From the sequence record DRR723986_6629: a stretch of 49,804 nucleotides of DNA. One strand, 5' to 3'. Position numbers and translations under genes: made by a program. Under the pieces are notes generated by a model. It ran no database searches. It saw nothing but the letters and a program-made list of their open reading frames with translations, and was not told the origin of the DNA. Position 1 is the first letter of the stretch. The number at the start of each line of letters is the position of its first letter. This document shows, one piece after another, positions 28,455 to 35,955 of the stretch.

Positions 28455-28906
28455 CTGCCCTGCTCGATGACAGCGTCCTGTCGGCTATCGGCCGCCGCAG
28501 TGAACCGCGGCGGGAACTGGTAACCCGTCGCGATATCCGCAAGTACGCCGTCGCCACAGACAATCGTCAGCGCAAGTACCTCGATGGCGATGAAGCGCCG
28601 CCGATGTTCCATGTACCGCTGTTCTGGGATGTGGTGGAACTGAACCAACTCAGTCCGGACGGCGTGTCGATCGATCCGCTGCTGCCGAAGTTTCCGCTGG
28701 AAAAAGCAATGGCGGGCGGCCTGCATATCGAATACCACAAGCCTGTCTACCCCGGCGACTGGCTGACCGCTACCCGTACCCTGACCAATATCTACGAGAA
28801 ACAGGGCCGCTCCGGCGCGCTGATTTTCTATGAGGTAGTAATGGAAATCTGCGATGACGATGGCGCACCGGTGATTACCGAGAAAACCACGAGGATCCTG
28901 CGATGA
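28451..28906 (+). CDS. MaoC-type hydratase N-terminal (hot-dog) subunit
   Basis: DIRKYAVAT, APPMF, MAGG...EYHKPVYPGD and KQGRSG.L.F motifs. Confidence 0.85.
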   Translation: MTALLDDSVLSAIGRRSEPRRELVTRRDIRKYAVATDNRQRKYLDGDEAPPMFHVPLFWDVVELNQLSPDGVSIDPLLPKFPLEKAMAGGLHIEYHKPVYPGDWLTATRTLTNIYEKQGRSGALIFYEVVMEICDDDGAPVITEKTTRILR

Positions 28907-29337
28907 CGGCATCGGCAGTGGCGGATCGCTTGCGCGATATCACGGTGGGCGATGCCTTGCCCGAGCGCGACTACACCCCGGACAACGTGCAGTTGATGCT
29001 GTACAACGCCGTCCTGTGGAACGGTCACCGAATTCATTTTGACGAACCCTACGCCCGCGAGGTGGAAGGCTATCCGGGACTGGTAATTGCTGGCCCCCTG
29101 CTCGGCGACTGGTTACACCAGTGCCTGGAGGAGTGGCTGGGTGACGACGGTCGCATTGCGTCCATCGAATACTCCAATCGCCTGGCATCGTATATCGGTG
29201 AAACCCTGACCGCGGGAGGCACGATTACAGCCTGCGATCATGACCGCCGGGAAGCTGAAGTCGAGGTGTTCATCCGCAACGAGGCGGGCGACGTTATCAC
29301 CCCCGGCAAGGCCATCGTCCGGTTTGACAAGCCGTGA
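28903..29337 (+). CDS. MaoC-type hydratase catalytic subunit (itaconyl/mesaconyl-CoA hydratase-like motif)
   Basis: WNGHRIHFDEPYAREVEGYPGLVIAGPL. Confidence 0.85.
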   Translation: MTASAVADRLRDITVGDALPERDYTPDNVQLMLYNAVLWNGHRIHFDEPYAREVEGYPGLVIAGPLLGDWLHQCLEEWLGDDGRIASIEYSNRLASYIGETLTAGGTITACDHDRREAEVEVFIRNEAGDVITPGKAIVRFDKP

Positions 29338-29356
29338 CCCGGGAGCGCGCGCGAGC

Positions 29357-30541
29357 ATGAACGCCGACACCGGTAATAGCCTCCGGGGCAAAGTCGCTAT
29401 CGTCGGAGTGGCCGACACCGAGGTCGGTATCATTCCCGACCGCACCGCCACCGAGTTGTGCGTGGAAGCCGCACTCGCCGCGCTCGCCGATGCAGGTATC
29501 CGCAAGGACCAGGTCGATGGGCTGATCACCTGCAACGCGATGTCCCAGCCGATGCTGTACCACGCCGAGGCAATCGCCGAATACCTGCAGATTTTTCCCC
29601 GCTACTGCCTGTCGGTGGGAGCCGGGGGCGGCACCACGTTTTCCATCCTTCATCACGCCGCCTCTGCTATCGCCACCGGCATGGCCGACACGGTACTGAT
29701 TTCCATGGCCGATAGCCTGCGCAGCGGGCTGACCCGCGACCAGGCCATGCTGATGCAGTCATCTACCGGGCATCCGCAGTTTGAACAGCCCTACGGTGCC
29801 ACGGTTCCCGCCTACTACGCGCTGATAGCGCAGGCACACATGGCGCGCTACGGCACCACCCCGGAGCAGCTGGCAGCCATCGCGGTTGCCGCTCGAGCGC
29901 ATGCTGCGCTCAACCCCGCGGCCCAGATGCGCGACCCCATTACGGTGGACGATGTGCTGCAGTCGCGGCTGATTGCCGACCCGCTGCGGCTGCTCGACTG
30001 CTCCCTGGTCTCCGACGGCGGTTCCGCAATCGTGATGACCTCCGCCGAGCGCGCCGCAGACTTTCCGCACGCGCCGGTGTACCTGCTGGGTGTCGGTGAA
30101 GGGCACAGCCACGAACACATCAGCCAGGCCCACGACCTCACCACGTCCGCGGCCCGGGAGTCCGGTGCGCGCGCCTACGAGATGGCCGGTCTTGGGCCCG
30201 CCGACATGGACCTGGCCCAGTTGTACGACTGTTTTACCCCTACCGTGCTGGTGGAACTGGAGGACCTGGGCTTCTGCGCCAAGGGCGAAAGTGGGCCCTT
30301 TGCCGCCTCGGGCGCCCTCGGTCCCGGCGGTGCGCTGCCGGTGAATACCCACGGCGGCCTGCTATCCCATTCGCACCCGGGCAACCCCGGGTCGATGTTC
30401 GCACTCACCGAAAGCGTGTGGCAGCTGCGTCACAGCGCCGGCGAGCGGCAAGTAGACGGAGCCCGGCACGCCCTGGTGCACGCCCAGGGAGGCATCATGT
30501 CCTCCCACACCACCCTGATCCTTGGCCGGGAGGCGAGCTGA
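29357..30541 (+). CDS. SCPx-type thiolase-superfamily protein without the nucleophilic Cys (Ltp2-like aldolase)
   Basis: AIVGVADT, GAGGGTT at the nucleophile position, LLDCSLVSDGG, LYDCFTP, NTHGGLLSHSHPG. Confidence 0.88.
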   Translation: MNADTGNSLRGKVAIVGVADTEVGIIPDRTATELCVEAALAALADAGIRKDQVDGLITCNAMSQPMLYHAEAIAEYLQIFPRYCLSVGAGGGTTFSILHHAASAIATGMADTVLISMADSLRSGLTRDQAMLMQSSTGHPQFEQPYGATVPAYYALIAQAHMARYGTTPEQLAAIAVAARAHAALNPAAQMRDPITVDDVLQSRLIADPLRLLDCSLVSDGGSAIVMTSAERAADFPHAPVYLLGVGEGHSHEHISQAHDLTTSAARESGARAYEMAGLGPADMDLAQLYDCFTPTVLVELEDLGFCAKGESGPFAASGALGPGGALPVNTHGGLLSHSHPGNPGSMFALTESVWQLRHSAGERQVDGARHALVHAQGGIMSSHTTLILGREAS

Positions 30542-30542
30542 T

Positions 30543-30947
30543 ATGGAACGCACCCTGCCGCCACTGACGCCGCTGACCGAGCCCTGGTTCGATGCCTGTC
30601 GCGAGGGCATCCTCACCCTTCAGTATTGCGGCAACTGCGAGCAGTACCAGTTCTACCCACGCATCCTGTGCAGCCACTGCGGAGGCCGCGAGCTTACCTG
30701 GCGAGCCGCCAGCGGCCGGGGAACCATCGCCAGTTTTTCGGTGGTGCGCCGCGCTATCTCCAAGGCCTATGATGCGCCCTATCTGGTCGGCCTGATCGAC
30801 CTGGAGGAAGGGCCGCGCATGATGAGTAACATCGTTGACTGCCCACCCGAGGACGTTCGCGTCGGCCAGGCTGTCGAGGTGAGTTTCGAAGCCTGGTCCG
30901 AGCGCATCGCCCTACCCGTTTTCAGAGTTCCGGATCGGAGGAATTGA
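30543..30947 (+). CDS. DUF35 Zn-ribbon/OB-fold protein (thiolase partner)
   Basis: CGNC...YPR..CSHC, ASGRGTI.SF and LEEGPRMMSNI motifs. Confidence 0.9.
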   Translation: MERTLPPLTPLTEPWFDACREGILTLQYCGNCEQYQFYPRILCSHCGGRELTWRAASGRGTIASFSVVRRAISKAYDAPYLVGLIDLEEGPRMMSNIVDCPPEDVRVGQAVEVSFEAWSERIALPVFRVPDRRN

Positions 30948-30949
30948 CC

Positions 30950-32308
30950 ATGAATGCACCCACTACCATTCCCGTTGCCATCATCAACCCGGACGCACCG
31001 GCCGAATCGCTGGAAGCCAAGCAACCCCCCGTCGACAACGGCACTGAGTGTTACAGCAAGGATGGCTACTTCAGCCGCGAGTACATGGCCAGGGAGTGGG
31101 ACAAGCTGTGGACCCGTAGCTGGTTGATCGCTGGCGTGGTCACCGACCTGCCCGAGGTAGGCGACTATTTCCTGTTCGACATCGGTCAGGAATCCATCAT
31201 CGTGACTCGCACCGAAGAGGGTCTGCGTGCCTTCTACAACGTCTGCAGCCACCGGGGCTCACGGCTGGTCAGTGCCGAACGCGGCAACAAGAAAGTATTC
31301 GTGTGCCCGTTCCACAGCTGGAGCTTCCACAATAACGGCGAGCTGCGCCGGGTTACCGACGAAGAAACCTTTCAACCCGAGGTGATACAGCATCGCCCGG
31401 GCCTGACCCCGGTAGCCTGCCAGGCACATGCCGGCATCATCTTTATCTGTATGGATGACAAGCCGCCGCCGCTCACGGAAATGATCGGCTTGCCGGAGGG
31501 CTATCTGGAGGCCTACCAGATCGACCAGATGAAGGTGGTGCGCCACGTGCGCAGCGAATGGGGTTCAAACTGGAAGGTCGGGGTCGAGGCATTTTACGAG
31601 AGCTATCACCTGCACGCGGTGCACCCGGAGACACGAGGCGTCATGGGCGACCTGAACGTCCAGTACGACCTCTACCCCAATGGCGCCAGCCGGATGATCG
31701 TGCCCCTGGGCCAGCCCAGCCCGCGTATGCACGACCAGGAGACCGTCAACGAGGGGCTCAAGATCATGCTCAAGGATGCCGGTGTTGACCCCGGCACCTT
31801 TGCCGGCAGCGCCGCGGATGTGCGCCGCGCGATTCAGGAAGGCAAGCGCCAACGCTCAGAGCGCCTGGGACTGGGCTACGAGCGATTCGTCGACGGACAG
31901 CTGTCCGACAGCTGGGCCACAGGCATCTTCCCCAATGTCCAGATCGGCTGCCACCCGGAAGCGGTATTCCTGATGCGCTTCCTGCCGCACGAGTCCAATC
32001 CCGAGCGCTTCTATTACGACACCATGACCCTGCTGATGCCCGCGGACGATCCGGATTACTGCCCACCGGGCTGGATGGGCCTGCCAGAGGGAACCGATGT
32101 CAGCGGCCAGATGCGCCCGGAGACCGAGCACTACACCATTGAGCAGGACGCCAATCTCGGCCAGGTACTCAGCCAGGATTCCACCCTCTTGCCTGTGGTC
32201 CAGCGGGGTATGCGCAGTCGCGGTTTCAAAGGCCAGCTGTGGGGCGAGCAGGAGCAGCGTCTGCGGCATTTCCATGTGGAACTGGAGCGGCGCCTGGCGG
32301 CAGAGTAA
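30950..32308 (+). CDS. Rieske non-heme iron oxygenase alpha subunit
   Basis: CSHRG...CPFHSW Rieske motif; NWK...EAFYESYHLHAVH Fe site; Asp in SQD; GGAGG RBS before ATG 30950. Confidence 0.93.
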   Translation: MNAPTTIPVAIINPDAPAESLEAKQPPVDNGTECYSKDGYFSREYMAREWDKLWTRSWLIAGVVTDLPEVGDYFLFDIGQESIIVTRTEEGLRAFYNVCSHRGSRLVSAERGNKKVFVCPFHSWSFHNNGELRRVTDEETFQPEVIQHRPGLTPVACQAHAGIIFICMDDKPPPLTEMIGLPEGYLEAYQIDQMKVVRHVRSEWGSNWKVGVEAFYESYHLHAVHPETRGVMGDLNVQYDLYPNGASRMIVPLGQPSPRMHDQETVNEGLKIMLKDAGVDPGTFAGSAADVRRAIQEGKRQRSERLGLGYERFVDGQLSDSWATGIFPNVQIGCHPEAVFLMRFLPHESNPERFYYDTMTLLMPADDPDYCPPGWMGLPEGTDVSGQMRPETEHYTIEQDANLGQVLSQDSTLLPVVQRGMRSRGFKGQLWGEQEQRLRHFHVELERRLAAE

Positions 32309-32366
32309 GCCGCCTGAGACGGGAGTGGCTGCCCTCACTAACGCCACTATTTGGAACATAATTGGC

Positions 32367-32409
32367 TTGACAAAAACCAGTGAGACGTCCAAAGTTGAAT
32401 AAGATTCAA
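32367..32409 (+). promoter_or_regulatory. Promoter (TTGACA-N17-CAAAGT) with operator B, TTGAAT-AAG-ATTCAA, over the start-site region
   Basis: TTGACA at 32367-32372; palindrome at 32395-32409 with the same arms as 25599-25613. Confidence 0.75.
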
Positions 32410-32453
32410 ATTCACCAAAACACCAATAATCAGCACCACGAGGGAGTATAAAA

Positions 32454-34922
32454 ATGAAGCCATTCCGGCATACCCTGCGGTACCTCAACTGGCTCAACAT
32501 CAAGGCAGCCCTGCTGCTGGGCCTGACACCCGCACTCGCGATCAATGCGCTGCCCGCCGGCGCACAACAGCTGGAAGAGGTACTGGTTACCGCAACCCGG
32601 CGCGCTGAGACCGATATCCAGCGCACACCGGTCGCGGTTACCCCGGTCAACGAAGCCCAGATCGATCGGATCATCCCCCGCGATCTCGGGGACGTGCTGA
32701 CCTATGCTCCCAACGTGATCGACGGTAAGCAGCCCGGCTTCAACGCGGCCAACTTCGCAATCCGCGGCGTCGGCCAGAATGGCATCATCCTGTACTTCGA
32801 AAACCAGGTCGGGGTGACCGTGGATGATTTTGTTATCCCGCATATCCAGACTGCCAATATCGAGATGCTGGACATCCAGAGCGTGGAAATCCTGCGCGGC
32901 CCCCAGGGCACGCTGTTCGGCAAGAACACAACGGGTGGCGTGATCAACGTCAAGACCAACCGCCCGGAGCTGCAGGAAAACAGCCTGGAGTTGCAGGGGC
33001 AGGTGGCAGAGTTCGGTACCTATGAAGCCAAGGGAGTGGGCAACTTCGCTTTCGGTGATAATTTCGCCATTCGCCTGGCTGCGATGTACCGCGAATCCGA
33101 CGGCTTCTATGAGAACGGTGCCGAATACGGCCCGGTAGCCGACTTCGGTGTGAACTACCCGCTGGTTGGCGCAACCGGCAAAGGAGACGGCTCGGACGTG
33201 GGCGGCGATGACCTGCTCTCCGGCCGGTTCAAGCTGCGCTGGCAGGCGACGGATGCCCTGGACATCAACTTTGCCTATGAGATGGTAAGAGACAGTGGCG
33301 ATTCGCCCCCATCGGTCAACGGCACTCCCGCCAATAGTGGCTACCTCTGGAATGCCCTGGGCTTCACCGCTGAATCCGGCAATCCGCTCGAGAACGCAGC
33401 CCTGACCAACCGCGACGACGCTCTCATGGGCATGAAGAAAAAAGGCCATGAGATCGACGTGGACGGCTACTACCTGAATGTGGACTGGGAACTGAGCGAT
33501 AGCTATAACCTGGTCGGCTTTGCCGGCTACCGCGAGACTGATTCCTGGCTGCCCAGCACCTACACCGGTGAAGTTGGCCCGGTGTCACTGTTCGATGCCA
33601 ACCGCCAGGATGAGCGCGAGACCACCCAATTGGAACTGCGCCTCAACTCAAACCTGGGCGGAAGCTTCAACTGGACCGGTGGCGTCTTCTACCAGAAGGA
33701 TGAAACCGTATTCACCGTCGCCCAGCTGCTGGGCTTCGTGGATATGACCCTGGATGCCGGCGCCCTGTTCGGCAACCCACTGTTCTTCAATGAAAACCCG
33801 CAGGTACTGTCGAATGCCCAGGATATGGAATCCTGGGCCGTTTATGCCGACGGCACCTGGGACCTTACCGATCGCTGGTCAATTGGCGGCGGTATCCGCT
33901 ACACCAATGAAGAGAAGGAGTGGACCGGGCGCAACCAGGTCTTCACCCAGGCCCTGACCGGCGGCTTCGACCCGAGTTTCACCTGGCGCGAGCTGGGCGA
34001 ACCTCTGGCGGCGGCAAATTTCTCGGCCTATCCCAGCGGAGTAGTGAAGGATAAAGAGGACTGGAGCGAGCCAACCTGGCGCCTGACAACCAGCTACCAG
34101 ATGAGTGACGACCTGTTCACCTACTTCACCTATTCCCGCGGCTTCAAGAGCGGCGGTTACAACGACCAGACCGGTACCGGCGGCAACCCGATTGAGCCTA
34201 TCCAGGCCCGTCCGGTTGACCCGGAGACAGCAGACTCGTTCGAGATCGGCCTGCGTTCGGAGATGCTGGATAACACACTGCGTCTTAACCTGACCGGCTT
34301 CTACGTGGTCTACGACGATTCCCAGCAGCAGCTGCTGGCTGAAATCGAAGCGGACCGTGATGGCGACGGCGTCAATGAGAGCACCTTCCAGGAAACCCGC
34401 TTCTTCAACGCGGCGGAGATCAACGTATTTGGTGCCGAGCTTGAGGCGACCTGGCTGGCGACAGACCATTTCACCATTCAGGGCAGCATCGGCGTACTGG
34501 ACAGTGAATTTGATTCCTTCCAGGCCGACACCAACTTTGACGGCACCATCGATACCGACCTCAGCAAGAACGATGTCGCGCGAGCGCCGGAACTCACCTG
34601 GAACGTTGACTTCCTCTATGACCATGGCTTCATGGGCGGCGAATTGGATTATGTGCTGAACGTCAACTACGTCGACGAGGCGGTCTATGCCTACACCGCA
34701 GTACCCGATACCAAGGACGGCCTGACTGATGATCGCACCCTGGTCAATGCCTCGATCACCTATCGCTCTGATGGCGGCTGGTGGGTGCGCGCTTTCGGCA
34801 AGAACCTGACCGATGAGGAATACCGGATCGGTGAGCTGCCGGTGGCAAACCTGTGGGTCATGTCATTCTACGGCGCACCTCGCATGTTCGGCGCCGAAGT
34901 GGGCATGGACTTCGACTGGTAA
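32454..34922 (+). CDS. TonB-dependent receptor 2
   Basis: Signal peptide, LEEVLVTATRR, VEILRGPQGTLFGKNTTGG, GFKSGGYN, C-terminal PRMFGAEVGMDFDW. Confidence 0.95.
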   Translation: MKPFRHTLRYLNWLNIKAALLLGLTPALAINALPAGAQQLEEVLVTATRRAETDIQRTPVAVTPVNEAQIDRIIPRDLGDVLTYAPNVIDGKQPGFNAANFAIRGVGQNGIILYFENQVGVTVDDFVIPHIQTANIEMLDIQSVEILRGPQGTLFGKNTTGGVINVKTNRPELQENSLELQGQVAEFGTYEAKGVGNFAFGDNFAIRLAAMYRESDGFYENGAEYGPVADFGVNYPLVGATGKGDGSDVGGDDLLSGRFKLRWQATDALDINFAYEMVRDSGDSPPSVNGTPANSGYLWNALGFTAESGNPLENAALTNRDDALMGMKKKGHEIDVDGYYLNVDWELSDSYNLVGFAGYRETDSWLPSTYTGEVGPVSLFDANRQDERETTQLELRLNSNLGGSFNWTGGVFYQKDETVFTVAQLLGFVDMTLDAGALFGNPLFFNENPQVLSNAQDMESWAVYADGTWDLTDRWSIGGGIRYTNEEKEWTGRNQVFTQALTGGFDPSFTWRELGEPLAAANFSAYPSGVVKDKEDWSEPTWRLTTSYQMSDDLFTYFTYSRGFKSGGYNDQTGTGGNPIEPIQARPVDPETADSFEIGLRSEMLDNTLRLNLTGFYVVYDDSQQQLLAEIEADRDGDGVNESTFQETRFFNAAEINVFGAELEATWLATDHFTIQGSIGVLDSEFDSFQADTNFDGTIDTDLSKNDVARAPELTWNVDFLYDHGFMGGELDYVLNVNYVDEAVYAYTAVPDTKDGLTDDRTLVNASITYRSDGGWWVRAFGKNLTDEEYRIGELPVANLWVMSFYGAPRMFGAEVGMDFDW

Positions 34923-34964
34923 GCTGCTCTATCGAACACCTTATGTCTTTGTACATAAACCCTG

Positions 34965-34988
34965 GGCCGGCTTTGCCGGCCTTTTTTT
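34965..34988 (+). terminator. Rho-independent terminator
   Basis: GGCCGGC-TTT-GCCGGCC followed by T7. Confidence 0.88.
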
Positions 34989-35034
34989 CGGCCCTACATT
35001 GCCGCAATGAACCCTACGGATATCACAGCTAGTC

Positions 35035-35955
35035 ATGGCGGAAATCATTCTTCACCATTTTGATATATCACCTTTCGCGGAGAAGATCCGTCTCGTTTTA
35101 GGTCTGAAGAAACTGAGTTGGCGGTCGGTAGATATCCCGCTGATTATGCCCAAGCCGGAGCTCACTGCGCTGACCGGCGGCTATCGCAAGACGCCGGTGA
35201 TGCAGATCGGAGCCGACATCTACTGCGATACACAGCGCATCGCTGAGGAATTGGAACAGCGCTTTCCCGAACCCACCCTGTTTCCAGGCAACAGCCGCGG
35301 GCTCTCCAGCGCCCTCAGCCAGTGGAGCGACATGGCATTTTTCCAACCGGGTGCCGGTTTGTCGATGGGCACCAATGCCGGCTTACCCGAGGATATCCTC
35401 CGGGACCGCCGGGCCTTCTTCAACTTCCTCGACTTCGACACCCTGCAGGAACAACTACCCCATCTTTACAGCCAGTTCCGCTGCCATCTGCAACTGGCAG
35501 ACGATATGCTCTCCGACGGCCGCGCATTCATACTTGGTGCGGCACCAGGGTGGGCGGATATCCTTGCCTACTTTCCCTTGTGGATGGGTCGGGGCAATAT
35601 CGCTGACGCGGTGCAGCTGGTGGAGGGTCTATCGGCACTTGCCGCATGGGAGACAAGAATGCTGTCGATCGGCCACGGCCAGGCAGTTGCCATGAGTTCG
35701 TCCGAGGCTATTGAAGTGGCTCGTAGCCATCGCAGTAGTGTAGGGCCTGTATGTGCTGCGGACGCCTGGCCCGCCGGTCTCGCGCCCGGCACGCCGGTCA
35801 CCGTTACACCGCAGGACTATGGCGCAGTCCCCGTCGCGGGACAGCTGCTGCGCCTGACGCATCGCGATATCGCGATTCAACGCAATGATCCACGCGCCGG
35901 TGACGTCGTGGTGCATTTCCCCAGATTGGGTTACAAGGTGGAGAAAACCGCATGA
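35035..35955 (+). CDS. Glutathione S-transferase family protein
   Basis: SPFAEKIRL, PKP.L.ALTGGYRKTPVMQIGADIYCDT and VHFPRLGY motifs. Confidence 0.9.
   Translation: MAEIILHHFDISPFAEKIRLVLGLKKLSWRSVDIPLIMPKPELTALTGGYRKTPVMQIGADIYCDTQRIAEELEQRFPEPTLFPGNSRGLSSALSQWSDMAFFQPGAGLSMGTNAGLPEDILRDRRAFFNFLDFDTLQEQLPHLYSQFRCHLQLADDMLSDGRAFILGAAPGWADILAYFPLWMGRGNIADAVQLVEGLSALAAWETRMLSIGHGQAVAMSSSEAIEVARSHRSSVGPVCAADAWPAGLAPGTPVTVTPQDYGAVPVAGQLLRLTHRDIAIQRNDPRAGDVVVHFPRLGYKVEKTA

Noticed and set aside
25658-32308. Firm assignment as a steroid or bile-acid degradation cluster
   Set aside because: No kstD, hsaA-D or chsE-type ACAD pair is visible; the similarity is only to the hydratase/aldolase logic
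14522-35955. Idea that SDR, hydrolase and GST are LinC, LinB and LinD orthologues forming a complete HCH pathway
   Set aside because: The hydrolase has a Ser nucleophile (GWSLG), not the Asp of haloalkane dehalogenases; the SDR and GST match only at superfamily level
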